From Desulfuromonadales bacterium (GTDB lineage Bacteria; Desulfobacterota; Desulfuromonadia; Desulfuromonadales; UBA2197), in NCBI GenBank assembly GCA_014859605.1, contig JACUTW010000003.1, positions 11,868 to 75,867 of the forward strand: a stretch of DNA of 64,000 nt, read 5' to 3'. This document shows, one piece after another, positions 30,518-38,528 of the stretch (positions are counted from its first letter, which is position 1; every line of letters starts with the position of its first letter). A program made the position numbers and the translations under genes. The notes beneath the pieces are model-generated. The model had not been told where the DNA came from. It made no database searches and saw only the letters and a list, made by a program, of their open reading frames with translations.

Positions 30518-30981
30518 GAGCGCCTCCATCCGTCCCTGCGGCGGCGCGCCGAAACAAGCGCGACCGTCACCGCCAACGTGTAGAAAAGAGCGTCTTCCAG
30601 GCGGAATGATTCGACAAATAAGTTCACTAGCATCGGGAGATCTTCCGGGATGCGCCTGGCAGTGAGGACTTGCCCGTAGCTGATCCCCATATTGCTGCTG
30701 AACAGCGCCAGTCCCGCCAGCACGTTGGCCACAATCCCCCCGCACAGAGTCAGCAAAAGTGTGCTGCTATGGTGCGCCCAGCGCGGCACCGCGGCGAGCA
30801 GGTGATGGGCATTGCCGACCGCCGCTCCGATCAGGATGACCATGGCCACGCTAAAGAATCCGGAGACCAGGGCCAGCATGATCCACAAACCGTCGGCAAT
30901 GACCAGGGCTCCCACCCGCACCCCATAAATTTTCATCAGGAACCAGCCATCCTCGTGCTCCTCGTGTATGGCAGTGTGCAA
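30514..30981 (-). CDS. His-rich integral membrane protein of unknown function (start uncertain)
   Basis: 3-4 predicted TM helices; HEEHED and AHH/AHH motifs. Its stop overlaps the cytochrome start (ATGA). Only a TTG start (30981) or an internal ATG is available in frame. Confidence 0.5.
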   Translation of the reverse strand: MHTAIHEEHEDGWFLMKIYGVRVGALVIADGLWIMLALVSGFFSVAMVILIGAAVGNAHHLLAAVPRWAHHSSTLLLTLCGGIVANVLAGLALFSSNMGISYGQVLTARRIPEDLPMLVNLFVESFRLEDALFYTLAVTVALVSARRRRDGWRRS

Positions 30982-31446
30982 CCATCAACATCAGTTGATC
31001 GTAGGTTAGTTTCATGGCGTGCCCCCTTTCTTCCTCAGGGTGCATTCTTAGGCATCGTCATTTCAAAAGATGCCTTAAACGAAAAAGTCGATCAGGGCGG
31101 CGACTTCCTTTTCAAGGAAACATCCGGCAACCTGACCGACTTGACGTATAATTTATTGTTCCGGCAAAAACCGGACGATCATAGAAGCATTACACGGCCC
31201 CGTTGTCTTTCCGTCCCCTGATGACTCAAGGTTTGTCTGGTATTTCCCTTTGTTAGTTAATGGTTTATCACGACTCATGGCATTGTCAAGGGACGCGTCA
31301 CGATTGTCTTTGGCAGGCACCTTTACCTTGTTCAGCTATGACCGTTGCTGTACATTGAAGGCCTTTCAACCTCTTGGGTTGTGCGCTTTGTTCTGGTACT
31401 GGTCAGTATTTCATGATGTATCGTTTTTTTATTGAAGGAAATGAAG

Positions 31447-32229
31447 ATGTCTCGTCAGCGACTGCAGCACTCTCTGCTCCTTGTTACTTTTTTTGCCCTT
31501 GTCACCATCACCCTTTCCGGCTGTCATTCTGCCATCCCTCCAAGTGTGGTCGGTAATCCCAGTCGTTCGCCGGTCGTTACCGCCATGCTCGACGCTTACG
31601 GCGGTGCCAAGGCGCTGTCAGAAGTGCGCACGGTGGTAGCGCGGGGCCGGATCGACGATGACCTGCGCCAGGTGTCCGGCGGCTACGCTCGCATTATGCA
31701 GCGTCCCGGAAGTTTACGGATTGAAATTCGTCCGGAACAGGGGGGAGAGATCAGGGTTCTTGCTGGCGAGCAGGGCTGGCAGGGGGCCGGCGACCGTTTC
31801 TATCCGGCCAAGCCGATCTCCCTCAGTTCAATGCGCTACCAGTACAGTTATCTGGATGTTCCGATGTGTTTGGCGGATCAGAGCTGCACGGGGCAGGAGG
31901 GAGGGATAAAGGATTGGGCGGGGCGCCCCTATGATCTCCTGTTGATTACGACTGCCGGGGCACCGCAACTGCGGGTTTATGTTGATCGCGACAGTCACTT
32001 GATCCATCGGGTGGCCGCCGAGTTTTCGATGGGGACGATGGGGTCGAGCGAATTGGCCACCGAATATGCCGACTTTCGCGCTGTCAACGGCGTCCTCTTT
32101 CCCAGGCTCCTGACCAACTTTGCCGGAGGGGGAAAAATCTCCCTTCTGACCATAGAGACGCTAGAGCTCAATGTCCCGCTAGCGGCGGAGGTTTTTACTC
32201 CTCCTGTGCCGTTTTTCCGGCAGGAGTAA
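31447..32229 (+). CDS. Lipoprotein of unknown function (possibly LolA-like fold)
   Basis: Lipobox TLSGC. AAGGAA lies 7 nt before ATG 31447; the ORF track starts at TTG 31432. Confidence 0.55.
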   Translation: MSRQRLQHSLLLVTFFALVTITLSGCHSAIPPSVVGNPSRSPVVTAMLDAYGGAKALSEVRTVVARGRIDDDLRQVSGGYARIMQRPGSLRIEIRPEQGGEIRVLAGEQGWQGAGDRFYPAKPISLSSMRYQYSYLDVPMCLADQSCTGQEGGIKDWAGRPYDLLLITTAGAPQLRVYVDRDSHLIHRVAAEFSMGTMGSSELATEYADFRAVNGVLFPRLLTNFAGGGKISLLTIETLELNVPLAAEVFTPPVPFFRQE

Positions 32230-32251
32230 TTGAGGGCTGCAGATGAAGTCT

Positions 32252-32419
32252 TTTTTGAAACTGATTAGCACTCATCTTCCGCAGAACCCTAACCGTGTCA
32301 TTCCCGAAGCGATTCTGATCGGGAATCCAGCTACTCACCGAGCGAAATCATGGATCCCCGATAAAGACATTCGGGGATGACAAACTTATTGCGGAAGATT
32401 GAAAATCAGGTTTTTGAAA
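32252..32419. repeat. MITE-like palindromic element with two inverted REP-like hairpins
   Basis: TTTTTGAAA direct repeats at 32252-60 and 32411-19. Imperfect inverted termini CTGATT..ATCTTCCGCA (32261-83) and TGCGGAAGAT..AATCAG (32390-409). Hairpin copies TGGAT(T/C)CCCGA-N-TCGGG(A/G)ATGAC lie at 32297-329 (reverse orientation) and 32351-81 (forward). Confidence 0.5.
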
Positions 32420-32461
32420 GTATGTAGTGTAGCAAAGGCAACTTTTATTCTAATCGCAGTT

Positions 32462-32500
32462 CAAAGAAAAAGGGTTACAGCTTGTCGCTGTAACCCTTTG
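32462..32500 (-). terminator. Rho-independent terminator after tRNA-Thr
   Basis: Minus strand shows AGGGTTACAG/CTGTAACCCT followed by TTTTTCTTT. Confidence 0.85.
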
Positions 32501-32507
32501 ACTTAAT

Positions 32508-32582
32508 TGGAGCCGTTGGTCGGAATTGAACCGACGACCTGCTCATTACGAGTGAGCTGCTCTACCCCTGAGCCACAACGGC
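32508..32582 (-). tRNA. tRNA-Thr (anticodon CGU), CCA encoded
   Basis: Acceptor GCCGTTG/CAACGGC; anticodon arm GCTCA-CTCGTAA-TGAGC; T arm with GGTTCAATTCC. Confidence 0.9.
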
Positions 32583-32772
32583 GAACGTAAGATTTTAGCT
32601 TTTTACGGAAGACTTTGTTTCGTGAGAAAGTCGACAACGGGTCAATATGTTTACAGCAAAGATAAAAACATGTCAATCACCCTGTTGTCGGCATGGGCGA
32701 TTTTCCCAATTAGATGTTTACTCTCCCCGGTCTTTCTGTTAAATGCATGAAGGTTTAAAGGGATGAGATTGT

Positions 32773-33465
32773 ATGATAGCCGAAAATCGTGAAAAGTTGC
32801 AGGTACGGATCGGGTATCATTTTTCCGATGCCGCTCTGCTCGATGAAGCTTTGACGCACCGTTCCTATGCGAACGAACAGCGGGAAAAATGTGCCGATAA
32901 TGAGCGACTGGAATTCCTTGGGGATGCGATTCTCGGGCTGGTCATTGCTGAGGCTCTCTTTGTTGATGATCCCCCGCGTCCGGAAGGTGAACTCAGTCGT
33001 TTGCGCTCGGAGCTGGTAAATGCCGGGACCCTGGCCCGGTTGGCGCGACAGATAGAGCTTGGTTCTTCTCTTTACCTCGGGCGCGGCGAGGTTAAGGCCG
33101 GAGGAGGGGATAAAGAGAATATTCTGGCCGATGCCTTCGAAGCCCTGCTCGGCGCGATCTATCTGGAAGGGGGAATCGCAGCGGTTCGACCGGTGATCCA
33201 TACCCTCTTTGCAGCGGTGATCATTGAGAAGACCGGGGAGCAGGGGAACAGTGATTATAAATCGCAGTTGCAGGAATATTTGCAGGCGTTACAACAAACA
33301 CCGCCAGAATATGTTTTAATTGAGACGGAGGGGCCGGAACATGACCGGACCTTTGTCGTTGAAGCCCGGACTTCCGGTCGGGTGCTCGGTGTTGGTCGCG
33401 GCCGGAGTAAAAAGGAAGCGGAACAAGTCGCGGCAGGGGCTGCTTTCAAAGCGCTGCACGGATGA
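32773..33465 (+). CDS. rnc: Ribonuclease III
   Basis: LTHRSYANE ... ERLEFLGDA, plus a C-terminal dsRBD (GRGRSKKEAEQ.AA). Confidence 0.95.
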   Translation: MIAENREKLQVRIGYHFSDAALLDEALTHRSYANEQREKCADNERLEFLGDAILGLVIAEALFVDDPPRPEGELSRLRSELVNAGTLARLARQIELGSSLYLGRGEVKAGGGDKENILADAFEALLGAIYLEGGIAAVRPVIHTLFAAVIIEKTGEQGNSDYKSQLQEYLQALQQTPPEYVLIETEGPEHDRTFVVEARTSGRVLGVGRGRSKKEAEQVAAGAAFKALHG

Positions 33466-34475
33466 GACGAAGAGCGATTTACCCGATCTTCCTCCCTCAT
33501 GCCGGTTGCCTGCATCGCTGTATTTTTTGTGCGCAGGTCCTCACCAGTGCCTGCACGACACCGCCTGATCCCGCTTCAACCTTGGCGGCCATTTCAGCTT
33601 CTTTGCCGCCTGGCGGCAATGGAGAGCTGGCATTTTACGGGGGGAGTTTCACTCTGCTTGCGGAGCTTGAGCAGGAGCGCTGGCTGGAGGTCGGTGCCCG
33701 CTTGCTGGCTGCGGGACAGATTTCGGCCCTGCGGATTTCGACCCGGCCGGATGCGGTCACGCCAGCGATTGCCCGTCGGCTGGCTGCGGCCGGAGTGGCG
33801 ACTGTCGAGTTGGGTTGTCAATCATTTGACCCCGAGGTGCTGCGCCGGGCGGGGCGCGGCCATAGCGCCGCTGCGGCCGCGCAGGCGCTCCCTCTGCTGC
33901 GGGCGGAAGGGATTGCCGTCGGCCTCCATCTGATGCCCGGACTTCCCGGTGCGGATGCCGGCGAGGCGCTGCATTCACTGCAGGTGGCTCTGGCGTTGCA
34001 ACCCGATTTTTTACGGATCCATCCGACAATTGTCTTGCGCGGGACCGCTCTGGCAAAACTTTATGAATCCGGCGAGTACACGCCCCTGTCGTTGTCTGCG
34101 GCGGTACAGCTTGGTGCGACGATGCTCCGACGGGCGCGGGCCGCCAATATCCCAATCATCCGCTTTGGCTTGATGGCGAATGAGAACCTTGACCGCGGCA
34201 CCGCGGTTGTTGACGGCCCTTATCATCCCGCCTTTGGCCAGTTGATTCGTTCGCGCCTCTGGTTTGAGCGGATTTCACTCCTGGCGGAGCGCGGCGGTCG
34301 CTCATTTCGCCTCCATCCGGCTGATCTCGCGGATGTCTTTGGCCAGCGACGCAGTAATTTTATCGAGCTCAACAGTCGTTACGGCCCGTTAACCTATGAA
34401 TGCAGCGAGACTCTCCCGCGCGAAACGATCGAGAGTGCCGGCGTATTCTATTCCCTCTTTTCAGAAAAAGATTAA
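33462..34475 (+). CDS. Radical SAM protein (ELP3/HemN-like superfamily), function unknown
   Basis: N-terminal FLPHAGCLHRCIFCAQ (CxxxCxxC). ATGA overlap with rnc. Conserved position between rnc and era. Confidence 0.7.
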   Translation: MRRRAIYPIFLPHAGCLHRCIFCAQVLTSACTTPPDPASTLAAISASLPPGGNGELAFYGGSFTLLAELEQERWLEVGARLLAAGQISALRISTRPDAVTPAIARRLAAAGVATVELGCQSFDPEVLRRAGRGHSAAAAAQALPLLRAEGIAVGLHLMPGLPGADAGEALHSLQVALALQPDFLRIHPTIVLRGTALAKLYESGEYTPLSLSAAVQLGATMLRRARAANIPIIRFGLMANENLDRGTAVVDGPYHPAFGQLIRSRLWFERISLLAERGGRSFRLHPADLADVFGQRRSNFIELNSRYGPLTYECSETLPRETIESAGVFYSLFSEKD

Positions 34476-34487
34476 GGACAGCTTTTT

Positions 34488-35402
34488 ATGCAGGCAGAAA
34501 CAACAGAGAAATTTCATTCCGGCGTCGTCGCGATCATCGGCCGGCCGAACGTCGGTAAGTCGACTTTGCTCAACCGCATCCTCGGACAAAAGATTGCGAT
34601 TACTTCGCCCAAGCCCCAAACGACGCGCAATCGCATCCTCGGGGTGGCTCATCTGGAGGGGGGGCAGATCCTTTTTCTCGATACCCCGGGGATTCATCAA
34701 GCCAAGGATCGCTTGAATCAGTTTATGGTCGAACAGGCGATGAGTTCTTGCGGTGAAGTCGATATGGTCCTGTACCTGATCGATGCCACCGACCATGCGC
34801 CGCACAGTGCCACTGAAGAGAAGATCTTCACGCATCTGCGCAACTGCGGTCGTCCCGTCTATCTGGTGATCAACAAAATCGATGCTCTCAGTCGCGAGCG
34901 CCTTTTGCCGATCATGCAGACCTATGCGACGAAGTATCCCTTTGCCTCCCTTGTGCCGGTCTCGGCGGCGACGGGGGACGGGGTCGATCTTTTGGTAAAG
35001 ATGCTGCGCGACGCATTGCCGGAAGGGCCGCAATACTATTCTGAAGACATCGTCACCGATCTGCCGGAGCGCTTCATCGTCGCCGAGATGGTGCGAGAAC
35101 AGCTGTTGCGGCAGATGCGCGACGAAATCCCCTTTATGGTGGCGGTGGTCGTGGAGGAGTTTAGCGAAGAGCCTGAGCGCAATCTCGTGGTGATCAAGGC
35201 GGCGATTAATGTCGCCCGTGACAGCCACAAGGGGATCGTCATCGGCAAGCAGGGGGCGATGATCCGTGCCCTCGGCCAGTCGGCGCGGCGGGATATTGAA
35301 AAATTCCTCGGTTGCCGCGTTTATCTTGAACTCTTCGTCAAGGTGCAGAAGGATTGGACGGCGTCGGAGCGGATGTTGCGCGAATTCGGCTACCACAGCT
35401 AA
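34488..35402 (+). CDS. era: GTPase Era
   Basis: [20 protein letters not shown], and a C-terminal KH domain ([12 protein letters not shown]). Confidence 0.95.
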   Translation: MQAETTEKFHSGVVAIIGRPNVGKSTLLNRILGQKIAITSPKPQTTRNRILGVAHLEGGQILFLDTPGIHQAKDRLNQFMVEQAMSSCGEVDMVLYLIDATDHAPHSATEEKIFTHLRNCGRPVYLVINKIDALSRERLLPIMQTYATKYPFASLVPVSAATGDGVDLLVKMLRDALPEGPQYYSEDIVTDLPERFIVAEMVREQLLRQMRDEIPFMVAVVVEEFSEEPERNLVVIKAAINVARDSHKGIVIGKQGAMIRALGQSARRDIEKFLGCRVYLELFVKVQKDWTASERMLREFGYHS

Positions 35403-35431
35403 TCCCTATTAAGCAAAAGACAGGTTTAAAC

Positions 35432-36742
35432 ATGCTCCCCATTGTTGCTATCGTCGGCCGTCCGAATGTCGGAAAATCGACCCTTTTTAATAAAATCCTC
35501 GGCCAACGCAAAGCGATTGTCGATGACTTCCCCGGTGTGACCCGTGACCGTAACTATGCGGTGGTGACCCGTTACGGGGCGCCCTTTACCATGATCGATA
35601 CCGGTGGGTTTGAGCCGGTGAGTGAAGAACGTCTCCTCGTGCAGATGCGTGAGCAATCGCAGTTGGCGGTCGAGGAAGCGGATTTGATCATCTTTCTCCT
35701 GGACGGTCGGCAGGGCTTGACCCCGGCGGATCGTGAAGTGGCCGGAATTCTGCGGCGCTCGAACAAGAAAATCCTCTTTGCGGTCAACAAGATCGATGGT
35801 GCTCGCCAGGAAGAGCAGATGGTCGACTTCTTTGCTCTGGCAGCAGAGGAGCTCTATCCGGTCTCGGCAGAGCACGGCCACGGGGTCGGGGAGCTCATCG
35901 ATGCGGTCTTAAGCAAGCTCCCCCATTCCAGTACCGCGGAAAACATTGAAGATATGACCTGTCTGGCGGTGATCGGCCGGCCGAATGTCGGCAAGTCTTC
36001 GCTGATCAACAAGTTGTTGGGAGAAGAGCGGATGGTCGCAAATCCCCTGGCCGGGACGACCCGCGACAGCATCGACACCCCCTTTACCTATAACAAAAAG
36101 CGCTATCTCCTCGTCGACACCGCGGGAATCCGGCGCAAGGGGAAGGTTTCGGCGCATCTGGAGAAATTCAGTATCGTTCAGGCCCTCAAAGCCATGGATC
36201 GGGCCAGTCTCGTCCTTTTAGTCATCGATGCCCAGGAAGGGGTCACCGATCAGGATGTTACCGTCGCCGGCTATGCCTACGAGCGCGGCAAAGCGATCAT
36301 TCTCGTTGTCAATAAATGGGATCTCGTCGAAAAAGATAATTCGAGCATGGGCAAGTTTGTCGAGAAACTCCGTCTCGCCTTCAAGTTCCTGCCGCAAGTG
36401 CCGATCGTCTTCGTTTCGGCGGTGACCGGACAGCGGGTGACGAAGATCATGAAGGAAGTGGAGATCGTCGCCGAGCAGTACAGTCGCCGCGCCTCTACCC
36501 CGGATCTTAACCGCATGCTCGAAGATGCGGTGCGACTGCATCAGCCCCCCATCGTCCGCGGCCGGCGAATGAAACTCTTTTATATGACCCAGACCGGCAC
36601 CTGTCCGCCGCACTTTGTCATCTTTGCCAACTCAGCCGAAGAGGTACACTTTTCCTATGAGCGCTACCTTTTGAACCACATTCGCGAAACCTTTAAATTT
36701 GGGGGTGTGCCATTGCGCCTGAGTTTCCGTGCCCGGCAATAG
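35432..36742 (+). CDS. der: Ribosome-associated GTPase Der/EngA
   Basis: Two tandem G domains ([12 protein letters not shown]; [12 protein letters not shown]). Start at MLPIV. Confidence 0.95.
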   Translation: MLPIVAIVGRPNVGKSTLFNKILGQRKAIVDDFPGVTRDRNYAVVTRYGAPFTMIDTGGFEPVSEERLLVQMREQSQLAVEEADLIIFLLDGRQGLTPADREVAGILRRSNKKILFAVNKIDGARQEEQMVDFFALAAEELYPVSAEHGHGVGELIDAVLSKLPHSSTAENIEDMTCLAVIGRPNVGKSSLINKLLGEERMVANPLAGTTRDSIDTPFTYNKKRYLLVDTAGIRRKGKVSAHLEKFSIVQALKAMDRASLVLLVIDAQEGVTDQDVTVAGYAYERGKAIILVVNKWDLVEKDNSSMGKFVEKLRLAFKFLPQVPIVFVSAVTGQRVTKIMKEVEIVAEQYSRRASTPDLNRMLEDAVRLHQPPIVRGRRMKLFYMTQTGTCPPHFVIFANSAEEVHFSYERYLLNHIRETFKFGGVPLRLSFRARQ

Positions 36743-36866
36743 TCCGGGGAAAATGCTTTACTTAGCTTCTGCGCTGGGCTATATTTTATTTTCTTTTTAA
36801 TAATAAGCCGTTACGCAATATCAACGGTCAACCCTTTCCTGCTACCACAATCGAGTCCGGTCCTTT

Positions 36867-38135
36867 ATGAGCCTTGTAGGAAATCTTGAAGATCTCGGCC
36901 TTGGCGATATTCTGCAAATAGTCAGTCTCAGCAGAAAGTCGGGAGAACTGATTCTGCGCGGTCCGAATCGCGAGGGGCGGATCGTCTTTAAGAATGGTCA
37001 GGTCAACCGTGCGGTCTCCACGGATTTCCGGGAAAATATCGGTGATCTTTTGGTGCGGCGCGGGATTGTCAGCATTGATGTCATCAAACAGGCGGCAGAG
37101 TTACAGCGCACCAGCTGTTCAACCCAGCGTCTCGGCACGATCCTTACCGAAAGACATGGTATTGACAAGGAGGTTATCGATACTCTTGTCAAGGAGCAGA
37201 TCGAAAAGATCGTGTACAGTTTTTTTACCTGGAATGAGGGGACCTTCGTCTTTGATCTTGGCGACACCGACGAAATCGCGGCTACCAGCTTCGACCCATT
37301 GCAGTTTATGCTCGATCAGGGGCTCAACCCCCAGTGGCTGGCGATGGAGGGGAGCCGGATCCTTGACGAACGGCGGCATCGCGGCGAGTCACTCGACATG
37401 GTTGGCGACGAGCCGATTCTGGATGTCGCCAGCCTCTTTGCCCCGGTCGCTGCGCCCTCTGACCCGGATGCTCCGTCGCCTGTTACGTTGCCCGAACGCG
37501 GGACTTCACGGCGCGCGGCGGATTCGGGGACTTTCAATCTCGGTGCCGAATTACGCCTGGAGTTGGGCGAAGATGCTTCTGAGCAAGGCGGAGATAAAGC
37601 TCCGGCGACACCGGGATTGCATCTTCTGCGCGGCATGTTGCAGGAGCTGAACAACCCGACGTTAGGGGGCGGGATCATCCTCCTGGTGTTACGTTTTGCC
37701 AGTGAGTTGATGAACCGGGCTGTCATCTTTCTGGTGAAGGAAGATGAAATCGTCGGTCTCGGTCAGTTTGGCATCGACGCAATCGCCGGCCTTTCCGCCG
37801 ATGAGCGGGTGCGGCGGATGCGTGTCCCCCGCAACGCCGGCTCAGTCTTCGAGCAGGTCCTGCAATCCTGGTCAGCCCTCAAGACTGTCACCGGTTCAGG
37901 GCAATGGGATCGCTATCTCGTCGAAGAATTGGGGAGTGGCGTGGCGACGGAGATCTTTCTCGGGCCGATTATCAGCGAAGGGAAGGTCGTGGCTATCCTT
38001 TACGGCGATAATGCTCCGGACAAGAGAGCGATCGGCGATACGGAATCTTTGGAGATTTTTTTGTCGCAGGCCGGGTTGGCGATGGAAAAGGCCTTGCTTG
38101 AACGCAGGCTGCGCAGCAAGGAAATGTTGGTCTAA
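36867..38135 (+). CDS. PATAN/DUF4388-domain protein with C-terminal GAF-like domain
   Basis: N-terminus GNLEDLGLGDILQIVSLSRKSGELIL is the DUF4388/PATAN signature. The C-terminal 150 aa have a GAF-like pattern (GPIISEGKVVAILYGDN). Confidence 0.65.
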   Translation: MSLVGNLEDLGLGDILQIVSLSRKSGELILRGPNREGRIVFKNGQVNRAVSTDFRENIGDLLVRRGIVSIDVIKQAAELQRTSCSTQRLGTILTERHGIDKEVIDTLVKEQIEKIVYSFFTWNEGTFVFDLGDTDEIAATSFDPLQFMLDQGLNPQWLAMEGSRILDERRHRGESLDMVGDEPILDVASLFAPVAAPSDPDAPSPVTLPERGTSRRAADSGTFNLGAELRLELGEDASEQGGDKAPATPGLHLLRGMLQELNNPTLGGGIILLVLRFASELMNRAVIFLVKEDEIVGLGQFGIDAIAGLSADERVRRMRVPRNAGSVFEQVLQSWSALKTVTGSGQWDRYLVEELGSGVATEIFLGPIISEGKVVAILYGDNAPDKRAIGDTESLEIFLSQAGLAMEKALLERRLRSKEMLV

Positions 38136-38153
38136 GTAAGGAGAACAGCTGGC

Positions 38154-38525
38154 GTGCAGAAGAAAATTCTGGTAGCGGAAGATTCTCCGACAATGCGCTA
38201 CCTGATCGCTTCGACGATCGCGGCGCTCGGAGATTATACAGTGATTGAAGCCGGCAACGGCTTTGAAGCATTGCGGATATTACCGCATGAGCAGGTCGAT
38301 CTGGTGATCACGGACATCAATATGCCCGATATCAACGGGCTGGAACTGGTCAGCTTTATCCGTCAGAGTCCGAATTACCGGACAACACCGCTCTTTATCA
38401 TCAGCACTGAAGGGAGCGCCCGGGATCGGGAAAAAGGGATGAGTCTGGGTGCCAATGCCTATCTGGTCAAACCCTTCGCCCCGGAAGAACTCCAATCCCT
38501 GATCCGTCAATATCTTGGAGAATAG
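38154..38525 (+). CDS. cheY: CheY-like single-domain response regulator
   Basis: ILVAEDSPTMR, LVITDINMPDINGLEL, YLVKPF. GTG start. Confidence 0.9.
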   Translation: MQKKILVAEDSPTMRYLIASTIAALGDYTVIEAGNGFEALRILPHEQVDLVITDINMPDINGLELVSFIRQSPNYRTTPLFIISTEGSARDREKGMSLGANAYLVKPFAPEELQSLIRQYLGE

Positions 38526-38528
38526 ACC

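Noticed and set aside
31141-31152. TTGACGTATAAT, in which -35-like and -10-like hexamers directly abut.
   Set aside because: There is no spacer between the hexamers, and no acceptable -35 lies 17 nt upstream of the TATAAT. It is likely a chance occurrence in an AT-richer intergenic region.
36781-36814. Possible FliA/sigma28-type -10 (GCCGTTAC) upstream of the che-like operon.
   Set aside because: The expected -35 (TAAAGTTT-like) element at the right spacing matches poorly (about 4/8), so the evidence is too weak to report as a promoter.
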